A DNA stretch of 33,970 nucleotides from Catajapyx aquilonaris (taxonomy: Eukaryota), in the NCBI GenBank assembly GCA_000934665.2, contig KZ538018.1, positions 124,001-157,970 of the forward strand, given 5' to 3'. Made by a program: the position numbers and the translations under genes. The notes beneath the pieces are model-generated. The model saw only the letters and a program-made list of their open reading frames with translations. It was not told where the DNA came from and searched no databases. Positions within the stretch are counted from its first letter, which is position 1, and every line of letters begins with the position of its first letter. Of the stretch, positions 11,267 through 24,388 are shown in pieces.

Positions 11267-14200
11267 GTATTTATTTTGGGCAACATCTCATGTAATGAAA
11301 CTCGCATCTCGTTTGTCGCCGATTTGTGAACCGCTACAGATAACAGCTTCCCCCCCTCATTGTCCTCACCTACATGGGTTTTTAGTACATATGCGTGCAC
11401 ATCCCCCTCTCTGCACTTCATTAAAGCTGTTCATGGACATCCAATTTGGCTGGGGCGAAATTGAAATCCGGGTACGGGAGAGAGGAATACTAACGAGCAT
11501 GCCTGCCATGCTTATGTCGACATGTTATGAACACCGAGGGGAAAAAATCGCAATTTTTTTGCATATTCATCTGACACTGTCTTAGATTTTGAAGAGGACT
11601 TGAATAATGCCAAATAATTCGTGGAAAGCGCCGAATTATTCATGGAATAAATGAGCATATTTTATCATCAATTATGCATCCGGATCCTGAATTATTTTGC
11701 GAATAATGTCTAGGTACACGCAGGCCGAAAAGACGATTTCAGTTGAGATTTTTTGGGGGACAGTCCACTGTGTACATGTTACAACTGTCAAATTTTTTTA
11801 TTTGGGACTTTTCGGCGAATTTCCCTGGAGTTTTTCTATATCTAGCCAAATATGTGGCCACCTCTCATAAAATTGTTCAATTACCTCTCACAATTATGCC
11901 ACCGCCAAAGCCATTGTTTTCATCCTTCAAGAGCACAGTGATCAACACGGAAGGAGACTTTGAGGGTCCGGTAATCACGTCGGAAATCTCTAGGTCTCAT
12001 TAGAGCACATCCCCAGAATGAGCTCTAGGGAGGGAAGAAAATAATCCCTTGCTTTGGCCATGGTCCGCTGTTTGACAATTCTAATGCCATCTACCAAGGG
12101 CGGAGGAGGGGGCCAACAACCTCGTCAGCTGCTCCTCTTTTTTGGAGGGGGTATACATAGAGAGTGGGGGAGTCCCTACTAACTATAGGATACAGGCTGA
12201 TAACGCCCACTCAGCACCATCCCTTTTCCGCCACTGTCAACACTGTCGAGCTTAGTTTGCTCTCCGGATTACATTCGCGCACCTGATAGACTGCTGGGCG
12301 GCGATAGTACTTTTCCCTGGTGGCTAGCCTGGGGGAGGCTTTTGTTTAATCATGGAGGTTGACAGTGGCTGGCAGGATGCAGGTGGATCTATGATGGTCT
12401 AGTTTGGGAGGGTATATGATTATTGGAGTGTTGGCAACGCTGGCTTACATTTTCCTTTTGAAAGATTTTTTCTTTTGGGTCGAACTGGGGTGGGGATGGG
12501 GGAATAATTGCGAAGGGGGACGCCGATGGCAGACGGCGTGGCGCCATCGCCAGTAAGAGGGGGAAGCCCCCCTAAATTGAACTAGCCAAGGTTGACGATA
12601 CTTCCTTCGGTTTTTTTTAACAGAAAAAAAAGAAGTTCACGACACTCCTTACTCTCAGGAGATGTTGTGAACCCATAATGTTCTCGGATTAACTTGACTC
12701 TCTTGCTTCGACAAATTCTCAAAGCTTCCTTTGTCGTCTTAATTAAGGCTGATCCTCCTCGTTACCCTGTCTTTATGCAGTGGCACAGCCACGCCATTTG
12801 CGAGTCAAGTTTCTCCCGGTAATTTCTGTAAACTGCAAAGGACGTGGTGAGAGCATCACTGGTAGCAGACTTTGAGGTGAAACATCAAGGGACCTGTGGT
12901 GGGGGGAACTAGACGAAAAGATGAGGAATCCGTGTTCCGCGATGTCAAACCTATCAGTTTACTCTATCAAAGTTGATGCTAGACTGATCAAACTATGGAA
13001 CCCAGCGGCTATGAGAGGATTGATGGACAGCATGAGTTTATAATATCAAGCAGCCATACTATATGAATTTAAAATTACTTTCTCCCGATAGGTCGTGACA
13101 TCTTATATGAAACGTGATTGAAATTTGGACACTTTTCATGTAGTAAACAAGCTGGCTTTGAAGTTTAGTATTCGCCACCTGCTAAAATCTATGCGGGATA
13201 TATAGAGATGTCAAAAGCTCTTTGGGTGAGGATCGCATTAATCTAGGCTTCTGATAAGCCCTTTTGCATGTGCAAAGGCTTCCGTAATTAACACAACCTA
13301 GGCGTTCGGTCCCTGACTCGTAATTAGTACGTGCTCGATATTTAAGAGAACAACAACTCCAGCAATCATTCATAGGATTATCGACTGTGAAATTGAGCCA
13401 CGTCACACCCACGATGATTCTAAGCTTAATTACACGTTTTTGGCATAATGTAAGAAGCTTCCAGTCGTAAATTATCAATTCAGATGCACCTCTTGAGACA
13501 GCCAACAGTGATTAAAATTCATGCGCTGCTGCTGCTTACTATTAAGACAATTTCCAACCCCTTCGAAGAAAACCTGGTGTAACATGGAATATGTTCCTTA
13601 TTGGAGCCAATATAGTTTAATTAAGAGTGGAACAGCTGAGGGGACATCAGGAGAGGCGTTTATTGGACGCCACCTTGGCACTAGAGGTGCTTTTTTTTCT
13701 CCCTCCCCCAACCATTTTGCTTTTTGCATTTTCCCCCCCTTTGTCCTGTCTTGCAGAGAAGGGGACCCCGGAATTTAATTTCCTACCATCACTGACCCAG
13801 CTACCGGAGAAGGGAGATCCTTTTATTGGATTTTTCAGAACCAGGGAGGGAGATAGAACCGAAACAGAAGGTTAAAAAAGAAAATATCGACATGGCCGAC
13901 TTTTTATGCTGCAATTTGTGCTCTTTCTGGAGGGGGGGGGGGGTTCAGGAATATTGGCTTGACACTTATTAGTTTCTGCAAGTGGGGGAACATCCATGTG
14001 GGTGTAACATCTAGGAGATATTGTCCCAAAAAAAATCCATTTGGAACAACTGGCTCAGTAATGCAATTAGCACATTTTTAAATATAAAAATTGACAAAAA
14101 ATTTGAATCAGTTTGAAAAAATTTGACCCAAACTTCAGCTGAATTTTTTGAGAGGTTGGATTATTATTCAAAAGTTGGATAGAATTTTTTGGGAAAAATC

Positions 14201-14870
14201 GACAGATTGTTTTTGGGGTGAGTCCAAATTGCTTTTGAAAAGGTGAAGGAGAAAAATAATGTAATTAGAGCTTTCACCTTCTCACTTCTCGTCTTGGTCT
14301 TTCTCTGGCTGGCTTCCAAATTTTGTCGTTCTGTCACCACACAGTTTCTTCCCCCATACACTTTTCCTTTGGTTGGCTCCTGGGAAATCCTCCCCAGGCC
14401 TGAATAAATGACAGAAAGGCTGATGAAAACACCAAGCAAATTCAAGGGACCCCAATTAGATTTCACGGAGGGAGAGAAAAACAAGGCTTTCTGCTTAAAA
14501 TAAGAGTTTGTTAGTGTAACTCGCTTATACGCTTGTTAAGCTTTGAAAGGAAAAGAAAATTAGCAAATCGTAATGATCAATATACATTTGCGACTTTTTT
14601 TTGTTGCTATTATATCATTTTAACTGTAGTGTAACGAGGCCCAAACTTGTAAAAGGAAAATCATTCGATTATGCATTATGAAGGTTATATACATAATTGG
14701 TAAATTTTCTGATGGATCACTGGTCAGTAATGAATAATTGCTGTTTTGTGTACGCCCCGGTATGATGGTCCCCATTTTTTTGCTAAACTTCTGGACATCA
14801 TTAGTTCCAATTATTATGCAAAATTTACCACCCAGCTGTGTTTTACACTGTATCAATTGGAGTTTCTATA

Positions 14871-15083
14871 CAGGGTGTTACAATTTGTCAGTGGTTTGCA
14901 ATTTTTGGTGCTAAGCTGCTTATTTTTACACAATTTAGAAGTTATCAGAAATATTAGCTGGTACATTAGATTTGATGGATAACTTATTTGACGTGTTTTG
15001 TTACTATAACTAATTTTTTGATAACCATCAACAGTATATCTGCTTGGAAATAAGCGGCTTATCATTTCAATCGAAGCACCCTG
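14871..15083. mobile_element. 213-bp degenerate MITE with CAGGGTG ends
   Basis: TATA-CAGGGTG...CACCCTG-TATA, with imperfect inverted similarity over about 15 bp and an AT-rich interior. Confidence 0.6.
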
Positions 15084-16229
15084 TATATACGGTATATTGG
15101 CCCATATCAGTCCTAGTGCATTTTAAGTGGCATTAATTTCTCATTATTGGCACCATCGGCGCGGTTAATGAGTTCAGTAAAATACAATTGCGGCCTGTTG
15201 CCGGAGCCTTTAATCACTAGTATGCCAATAATAATTGCTTGGTTACGACTACAACTTATAGGAGTGCTATTAGTTCTGCTTGTCATTGCGATGTGGTTTA
15301 ATATTCCTCGGCGTCTCAAGCAGCGATTCGGATGGGATTAATTTGAAGAGCACTTTAATCAGTAGGGTATTGATTAATATGGGGTTTTTTAAAAAACCCT
15401 CATTTCGAACCCTAATTACGAACATGGCAGGAGAATTAATTGGGGTCCGACTTTCCTCGAAATTCCGAGAGTCTCACCCACAAAATTATTGCACCTTCCC
15501 CCCAGCCCTATACATTATACGAGGTTTGCAGAGGATAAACCGGTGGAATTATTGCTGTGCAGAACTCTGTTGACACTTATTATTTTGGCAAGGAGGGCGC
15601 TACCTCGCTGTGTTACTATACAGTAATTAGTTACTTGGGCATAAATAGAGAATCCCTCTTTGGCGCTAATCGATCCAGGTTCCATTGTGGGGCTTTGCTC
15701 GTTCAACTTGGAGGAGAACTATATAGCTGAAGGAAATGGCGAGGGTTAACCTGCATCGGATGGGATCCACGCGTTTATTCGATGCTCTCTCAAGCCATTT
15801 GATTTCCCTGAATTCCTGGGATTTCAATTCGTCACAGGGTGATTCGGTTGGTTTTCTTAAAGAACTCTTTTATGTTGTGTACACGTGCGGAAATTCAACA
15901 CTGCGATATTCAAAATGGGACCTAGTTCAAACCTCATTTGCAAATTAATGACCGGTTGTATCCATATGGTGCTGGTTTCTTCTTTCAAAAGAAGCGCCGG
16001 TTGTGGCGCCGTGTCAAAAAACTCATAAAAATATGTCCAAAAAAGTGTCAGGTTACAGAAATAGAACCTCACGGAAATGGGCGATGACCAAATGAACCCG
16101 CGGATAATTTTCGGTTCAGCATATGGCGCCCTTATCGCTTCCAACTGTAATAAAGCCTGCTTTTTATTTCCTGGAGAGTTATATATTTTCCACGTCCACT
16201 CAACCAGGTTTTTTTTTTTAAAAAAACGG

Positions 16230-16510
16230 CCAAAAAATCTGTGAGCGCGTGCGAATAGGAAACGTGGACAGTTTTCTTCGGCGTCGCTCGTTGGGCTGGC
16301 AGACAAATGGGTCTGCGCACCATGTTATTCTTCGGCCTCCAGCAGAGTTCACGCGTCCGTCTATCGAAGCGGGACACTTTTCACGTGCCTGCGAAGTTCT
16401 ATAGAGGTGCTATAGAGTTGAGGTCAACAACCACTACCTGTTGAGAGTGGATGCGACACCCTCTCACGTCGTGTCAGTCTCTGACAGGTATTAAGTGTGT
16501 CCGCGACACT
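16230..16510 (+). promoter_or_regulatory. Putative internal promoter region for exon B
   Basis: Locally CpG-rich stretch with Inr-like TCAGTC at 16474-16479, about 300 nt upstream of the exon B ATG. Confidence 0.35.
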
Positions 16511-16773
16511 TTTTTTTTCTTCCGAACCCAAAGTTCCTGTCACACAAGAACAGTTCTCTTCTTCTCTTCTCCCGCCATTTGGAGTGTAGCATAGGATCAA
16601 TTCCGAGACTGGGATTGATCGGTCGATCCCCGCACACCCCACAACCATCCGGCCAGACCTAAAACCGACAAACCCACACACACATTCGCGGGGAGTCTCG
16701 GTTCGAGACTGGGCCTCTCTCTGGCGCTTGGTATCCTCTACATGCTGGCAGTGTAGTATGGACGGTGTTGATT

Positions 16774-16891
16774 ATGTTTTGTGTCAAACTGTTCGGGTGG
16801 GGGACACCTTCGAAGGCGGTCAAGAGCGCCAGTCGGAGTCAAGAGGACGGGGCCACTTGGGAGGACAGCTGGAGGAATAACCAAGATGGGG
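16774..16891 (+). CDS. sick: Candidate alternative first coding exon B (MFCVKLFGWGTPSKAVKSASRSQEDGATWEDSWRNNQDG-G)
   Basis: ATG at 16774 is the first in-frame ATG after the stop at 16660. 118 nt (39 codons + 1), strong donor GGG|gtgagt. Phase 1 matches the acceptor at 26600. CpG-rich upstream region with TCAGTC at 16474. Confidence 0.55.
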
Positions 16892-17395
16892 GTGAGTCTG
16901 TCTGGACCAGTTGAGGCTGTGGTTGAGTGGTTGTATAGTTAGGAGGATCATAAACCTATATAACCAGCATGACAGTAACAATTAAACAACTGAGATTGCC
17001 CTCCGATTCACCACGCAGTACTATCCTTCACGCATAGATGGCGCACGCTGCCTGTGCACACTCCTGCCATCGTGCGAGAGATAGCGATACTATCAGGTCG
17101 GACAAACATCAGACAGGGATAATAACCCTATTAAGTGCACAAAAATGTGTTCTCCATAAGATTTATTAGATGATTTGGTCCACTCAACCTGTTACTGGCA
17201 GCTAATGCTCTACGTATCTTCTAAAAGTAGCTGCTTAAAAATAAGCAGCATAATGGGACACACTCCATATAATTGAGTTAGTTCCATCCCATGTCCAGTA
17301 ATGTTATTAAAGAAATTCATTTGTGCCAATTATGGACATGAATTGTTTACCCCCATCAATAACCGGACTTGTTGCTGGGGTGAACAATCAATGTA

Positions 17396-17539
17396 CAGGG
17401 TGACCTAAAAGTCAGGACACGTAGGGAATAATATTACGGTAACTTATCTTGTTGGTTGCCAGCAGCATGATACCAATTGTCAATCAATAATAGAATATTA
17501 TTACTTACACATACGTGTCCAAACTTTTGGGCCACCCTG
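17396..17539. mobile_element. 144-bp MITE of Tc1/mariner type
   Basis: 28-bp terminal inverted repeats, CAGGGTGACCTAAAAGTCAGGACACGTA versus reverse complement CAGGGTGGCCCAAAAGTTTGGACACGTA (4 mismatches). Flanked by TA at 17394-95 and 17540-41. Confidence 0.85.
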
Positions 17540-20500
17540 TATACGAAGGCGGTATACACCAGCCTGTATATGAACGAGTACGTTCACCTCCTTTTGTCCA
17601 TTAAAGTTTATTAAAGAAAAGTTGTGTACCAACTGGGAGAGAAACGGTTTATTCCTGTAGCCAGTTGCCACTTGCACTTGCTCTGGAGAATTTGCTTCCG
17701 CAATTTTGGTTTAATAATTATTATTATGCAAAGGAATGGTCATGTTTTTCTCTATCCCTTCCAGTCTGCCTGCTAGAGAGAGATTGCCGATGCCAATCGA
17801 TTGTTACGGGGGGTTCAAACACATTACATCTGATTATGTTGACTCGCTAATAAGATAATCATCGGACCGCAGGGGAAAATGTAAACAGTTTTTTTTTGTT
17901 ATTACAAAATCAGTGTTTTGCCATCACTCTTAATAATTGTAGCTTCTGGCTAATTTTTTTTTCAACAAATTTCTGCGTCTGTAGATTACTAACAGCTTCT
18001 TCTAGCAAAAAAGGACTAAGATGGACTTGTAAACGACACACTAGTGAAGGCAACACCGCCCCTGTTTGGACCCCTCGCGAAGTGGCCTTTTTCACAAGTC
18101 ACTTCAAGCGGAAATATGGCTTCCCAAAAAAAAACACAGAATCACTCGGACACCCCCCATCCAACTCTTGCAAATGGAAAATCCTGGAGAGAAGACCTCT
18201 CTCCTGAGGGACTTTAGGAAGCATCACTCCGCCTAATGTGGTCTATCTCTCTCTCTCTTTCGGACTATTCGGAAAGAATGGAACCTTTTGTAGGCCTGGT
18301 AGTCCAAAAACCCTGGGGTTGAAAAATCGCTTCTGACTTGTTCATTAGTAGTGGAAAAGTGCTGGAGTGGACTGGACAGGGGTAGGGTGAGAAAATGGAA
18401 AGCCCTCCTGGGGGAGACCCTTTTTCCGAGGGCAAGTTGGGCAAACAAAAGGACGCGTGCCGGCGCCTGGGGACGCCCAGGACGCAGGGGGACGGAGCCA
18501 TCTTTGTCTGGACTGGGACGCTCCCCAATTTTTTCCACGTTGTTTAGACTAGGGACTGGCCAATAGGAGGCTGCCGAATAAGCGATAATCTCTTGCCTAA
18601 TATTTCTGACCAGAATTTTGGAGGGGGAAGCTCCACATACACAATGTGCTAATCAAATAGAGGGGGGGGCCTAGGCCCAGATTGAAACGTGATCTAGGCT
18701 CGTTTTGGGCACAATGGTTCATTAGATTGGGCTGGGAGTGATTAGGGTGATATTACTGCATATTCGAAACCATTGAATTATATTGACAACTCGCAATTTT
18801 GGGGAACAGGCCTCGGGCTAATGTCTGCATATTTTGGGGAAGAAACAATGTGCAACTTGATATGGTAATGATTTTCAGCATCGACTATGCTGGTAACTGA
18901 TATAAGTGTTGGAATTCAAAATGCTCTTTGGGTAGTGCCCATTACTAGGATGCCTGAAGCTACCCTAATTAAATGCATTTCCCCATAATACCCATGCACT
19001 GATGTATACAGTACAACTCTGAACCATTAGCAAAAACTAGGGGGGTAATTATACGGGCTAATTACTTACCTAATCTGCCATAAAACACATCGGATTTATT
19101 TTAACCTTTCAGTTTAGTGCAAAAAAGCGGTAAAATGGGACACTTGCACACACGCCATGCACTGTAACCTAGAATGAGATTTCGCAATGTATACTGCTAG
19201 AACTGGAAAGAGCCATTATTTGCTCACTATATAGTTACTGGCGAAATTGCGAGCGAAATTGACTTCTAAATTCTAGAGCTGATGTTTTCATTTTGGTATC
19301 AAAAATTATTGAGGCGACTCATGCTGACCTGCGTGATCTAAAAATGACTTTATATTACTGGCACAGAAGAGGAAAAAAAGAGTCGTTGACTCTAAGGGGG
19401 AAACCCCCTGTGAAAACCGTATCATGCATCAAAAGTTCATCGCCGGGCAGAAAATAACTTCCTTGTGTGACCGACCGGCTCACCTTCTGTGACTGACCTA
19501 CAATAATGGGCCTCCCCAACATCATATCACACTGTAAATAATAAAGAAAAGAAACGAGTGATCAATATGCTAGGCCGTGTCCCCTTAACATGGGTTTTCG
19601 TGCCGGCCCACCTGATTGACAAGAGCAAATTGATGTGGACTTTTGCGGAACCCGCTTTGCGTGAGACCGGTCTAGCCTGCTCTATATATGTATACAGGGT
19701 GAGCCAACAATATGGAGGAGAAATGCTTCAAAAATTCTGATGTAATCCGTCTGTGTTGTTTGTCCGAGCAGATAGTACCGCTACCGCTCGCTGAGTGGCA
19801 GGAGTGTACAAAGGGAGTGCGCGCCATCTGTGAATACCGTATGGTACTACATGGAAAATCCCGGAAAGTTTTGCCACTATTCATCCTGTGGGCGGACAGG
19901 ATTCAGGTATATGACTGGAAAGCCCCATTTTTGGATACTGTTATGAAACTATCTGATGAAGCAACATTGCAGGAAGGGGAATGATAAGCCTGTAAACCCC
20001 CCACAGATCATTAGAATGCTGGTGACGTTTTAAGGGGGATGGACCCATGATGGAAAGGTCGATTGGGGAAGAAGACTCCGGGAGATATCTCCCACCTTGT
20101 GTCTCTCGACATCGATTAAGTGCCTTCGTGCCATTGGATGATGGGGAGCCCAGGCACGTGGGATGGGTTGGGAAAATCTTTCTGAGGCTCCTGTGGAAGT
20201 GTGTCAGGAGGGATTCCAGAGTCTAGGACTATAAGTGAATATAACAGGTAACAGGTTGTATTTTCTAGAAGGGGAGTTCCCAGAGAAGGACTGATACAGG
20301 GGGGAGTATAGTCATTTTCTCAAATGAGATTAATGATGTCGAGGGCCAATCACCCGTGGAGCGTTAATTAATTAGGGGGGGTCCATTACACTTCGGAGCC
20401 GTAATTAAGTTTGGCGTTTGCGGATGAGTGCTCTGCTGTGTTGTAAAGTTCGGTTAAGTCAATTAGTCCAAAAGTGTACGGGGTGTCAGATGTATTTTTT

Positions 20501-23500
20501 TCATCCTTTTAGCCAGACTACACGTATACATTGCATGTACAAGTACATTCATGCATCTATGGGTGGTTAATGGGTTTAATATATTGGAATGTGCGTGCAT
20601 GTAACGCACCCAATGCGTATCCAATACGTGCCCAAACAGGTCCACCAAATGCGGGCAGGTTATTGCTTTGTAATTGGAGTTGCGGTGACATGTGGTACAA
20701 TTAGCTGGCGGTGCTAAACAAGTTACGAGAGTGAAAATAATATTATCGAAATAATGTTTTGTATGTGATAATAATTGATGAGAGTAAATTCATTTCACAC
20801 TAGATGCTTTTGACTTCTCTTGACATCATGATGTACTTGTATGAACTGTACTGTAAGAGAGAAGGCCGCTTCCTTTAAGTCCGGAAGTTCCCTAGAGTGA
20901 TGCAAATTTCCACTCTCAAAAACCCGTTTGCAACCGTTATTACGCGGCAGCACTTTCCGTGTGTAGGTGGTGCCGCATGCTGTTAGAATATTTCCTCTCC
21001 AAAAAAAAAATCACCATGCACCAGTTCGTATATCAAAGAAAGCCACCTTCCTAAGTGCAGAGTTTCTCAAGTGCATAGCTCATTACATATTTTTTTTACC
21101 CCTCGAATTTTTCAAGTCCATAATTGCGCACTTCATGTATTTTCCCGAGCTACATAAAGGAAGAGAGGCCCCTGCTTTGGCAGAGGAAAGGAAAATTAAA
21201 TTCCCTAAATGCGTTGAGGGGGAGAGAGGGGTGTAATTGGCTGTCTCTTTCATTTACATATTACATCGAAGCCTGTGCCTCTCCTTCCGCCATCTTGCTC
21301 TACACAAATACCCTACTCAATAGCATCAATTTGGAAATGTAATGAGCCGAAAGTGAGTTACCATCCTTATTGGCCCTATCTTTGCAGATAGGGATTTAAA
21401 AAGAGGTGAGTCACACCTTTTTTGGGGGGACGAAATTGGCCTGGATTGCTGGTGGCCATGGGGATTAATGGAGGATGACAAACTAAGGAGCCAATCGGGC
21501 TGTCCGACGGTGTGTTAATCAAGTTTAGTCCTTTTCCTGTCAAACAGACTAATGCCATCAACAGCTCAGGCTGTGATGTCCTGTAAAAGCCTGGTCTAAT
21601 CGGGATGCCGATGGAAAGTGCCGGAGATCAAAGGAATATTATTTAAGAGTGTAAGTCCCTTATAGAAGAAGGGGTTGGGCGTCAGGCTTCAGGGCAGAAG
21701 GAAATTAGTTCTGGCTACGGGAAATGAAAATGTCACTTCCTGATGTTCAAAAAGTTCAGCACTGTACTTTGAGAAATTACCTATGAAAATTTGGATTGCA
21801 CTGTATACTCATGATGGATTTTTTTTTTTTGGCGGGGAAAGAGATGAAGCCACAAGGTATTCTCGAGAGTGCAAAATCGCACTGTTTTCCGCGAATGACT
21901 TGAGGAACTTCGCATGAAAGCCCAAAAGCTGGAGGGGGCTTCCAACTCTATATAGTGATCCAAACGTTGTAGAGAGGAAAAGCGAAAATGGCTGGCAGTC
22001 AAATCAGTACCGAACTTTGCTGTTAGTTTCACCGGGAATAGTCTCTTTTCCATTGCCGCAGAAGTGCTTCATGCTCGGTTTTCCCGGTGTGCAATTGAAA
22101 TGCTCTTTCAAGTGTGCGGCCATTAGGCAGGAGATTTAGTTGCCTCCAGAGATAAATTTCGGTTCGCAGAAAAGGGACTCTAACTTGCATTTTTGCTAGA
22201 AAGTAGGTTTTTGCGTTTTAAAAGTATAAGCGTAAATGTCATCGTATTTTAGAATCATTTCCGGACGGAGTGTTTCTTTCAGGAAAATTAGCATGATTTA
22301 CAAACAAGAGCTTAACATTTTCTACATGCCATATTTTTAACGTTGTCAAGTAGGCTACCGGCTCTGGCGAATTAGAAGATGGCCATGGAAATATTTATTA
22401 GATGAGCAAATCATTTGATGAAAATAACTAGTAACTAGTAAATACACTTACAAGGAAGATTTTAAAAATTGACAGATAATTGAAGATAAATAAAATTTCA
22501 CCTTACGCTGCTATTCTTAATAAGCTACTTATAGGTTATTATTTTAAAATGTTATGTTCATTGAATGTCATTTGTGTCGTGCATTTAACCCTGCTTTTGT
22601 CCTTCATTGCTGACTACTTTCACATGGAAATGTCGTGATGTTATTGTTGTAATCAGCTTACAGCCCTGTAAGTAACCTTTCTAATAGCACACGATTTATT
22701 TTTGCACCGTTTATTTGCGTTTACCCTGTAATCCTATAATTGACGTGCGCAGACACACATCCCATCGCATTATCTCGCCGGTTGAGCATTGACCAACCCT
22801 TTTGGCAACAGTTCTGGCTCCGCATTTGTCAGTGTTTATTGGACAAGAATGGGCCGTGAAGAGAAAGGGTCTGTTCCCCCCATCGCTATGCAGTGTTGCA
22901 TCACAATGATCAATCCTGCATCGATCAAACAGCCAAATTCTTACGCAAATCTGGCAGTGAATGAAGCGATTTACTGCCAACCAACAATGAGTATAGATAC
23001 AGTTGAAGGAAGGGAATTTAAAACAATGGTTTATTACTACAAGTGAACCGTTATTTGAGAGCCGCCTCTTTGCACTTCCCTGTGAGCAAATCACATGTAT
23101 TGTTGCTCATTTTTTTGGGCAATATTCAACGAGCGGCGCAATTACTTTTTTTTTAAATACTGTACCGAGCATATGTGAGGTCCCAAAATTTTAAGCCCTG
23201 TAGCTGAGTAGAAAGTGGAGTGCTCATCAGTGCAAGTCAGACCACTGCTGCAGTAAGCCGACCGTGTCCATCATGTTATGCGATTTTATGCAAGCCTCGA
23301 GCTCTTGGGTCTTTTTTTTCGCACGGATCATGCTCTCTTGCAACGGGAACCCTCCAAAAATATTAGAGCATTTAGGACCATGACATCGGGTTAAAAAATG
23401 GAGGTGATTTCAAGGATGACAAAGTAGACTGCAGATATGAAGCCAATAATGCTCCAGACATTTGTCACTGGAACGCACACATTGCGATGTCAACTGCATT

Positions 23501-23857
23501 GTTGGCTTCTGAATAATTCCTCTGCTGCTGTCAGGCAACTAATGCAAACCCATAAGTGTAGCCTGTACATTATTACGATCGCAATCATCCTCCCCCATCC
23601 AACCTCATCTGCCCTGGAGTCATTAACATGGGAAATTAATTTTTCTGGTTGAAATTGCAGCTGGGTGTTGCTTCGTGCTAGGGAAAAGTAATTCTTCTGG
23701 TCTTCCCCTCCCTCTCTCTCCCAAAAGTTACACAGAAGGAGGGTGGTTTTTGGGAGAGAGGGTGGGGGGGAAAGATGGCACAGCCAGTTTCTCGCACCCT
23801 CCTGATGGATGTACCGCCATTTAGAGAGCAAATGGGAAGGAACCATTGTTGGCAAGG

Positions 23858-23881
23858 GAAGAAGAAGAAGAAGAAGAAGAA
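23858..23881. repeat. (GAA)8 microsatellite
   Basis: Directly visible in the sequence. Confidence 0.9.
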
Positions 23882-24233
23882 GCGTACGTGTTTTGTTTCG
23901 GAGATGCTTCCACTCTCTCGACAGGGGGAAGCCCGATTTATAAGGAACAATATTGTGTGGGGGCGAGGGGCGGACAAACTTCGACTGAGATTTCAACCAG
24001 TGGCATTCCCTTCTTGGATTTATTCAGTCCTTGCCAGTTTATTCAACCGGATTGTAATGAAGTGCGCACCACAGTTCGCGCAGAGTGCACTGTTGGCAAT
24101 ATCAATGATAGCTAGTTGGTGAGCGCTCTGTGTAGTGCGCTTATTTCCAACGCTACGCTTGGGGGAAGGAAAATGGCCGACGTTTGCGACGTTGCCAAAG
24201 CTCTAGAACGAACCTGAGAGGCTAGAGGTTGGT

Positions 24234-24388
24234 CCCAGGTTGGTTGGGTTAGGTTGGGTTAGGTTGGGTTAGGTTAGGTTAGGTTAGGTTAGGTTAAATA
24301 ATACCTTACTTCCCAAGGGTTGGTTAGGTTATAGGGTATGTTAATTAAAACCTAACCTAACCTAACCTAACCAACCCCTGGGAAGTAA
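24234..24388. repeat. Interstitial TTAGG/TTGGG tract facing a CCTAA tract, with a 26-bp inverted repeat
   Basis: TTGGG/TTAGG units at about 24244-24295 and (CCTAA)4 at 24351-24370. Arms 24306-24331 and 24363-24388 are reverse complements with one mismatch. Confidence 0.9.

Noticed and set aside
12352..12388. ATG mini-exon MEVDSGWQDA with a phase-1 CAG|gtggat donor
   Set aside because: Poor donor and no promoter evidence; expected by chance.
23490..24122. Overlapping ORFs (168, 115, 99 and 89 aa) with poly-K/E/L/F runs, or another first exon
   Set aside because: The runs come from the (GAA)8 microsatellite. The TG|gtgagc donor at 24119 is phase 2 for the ATG ORF, incompatible with the phase-1 acceptor at 26600.
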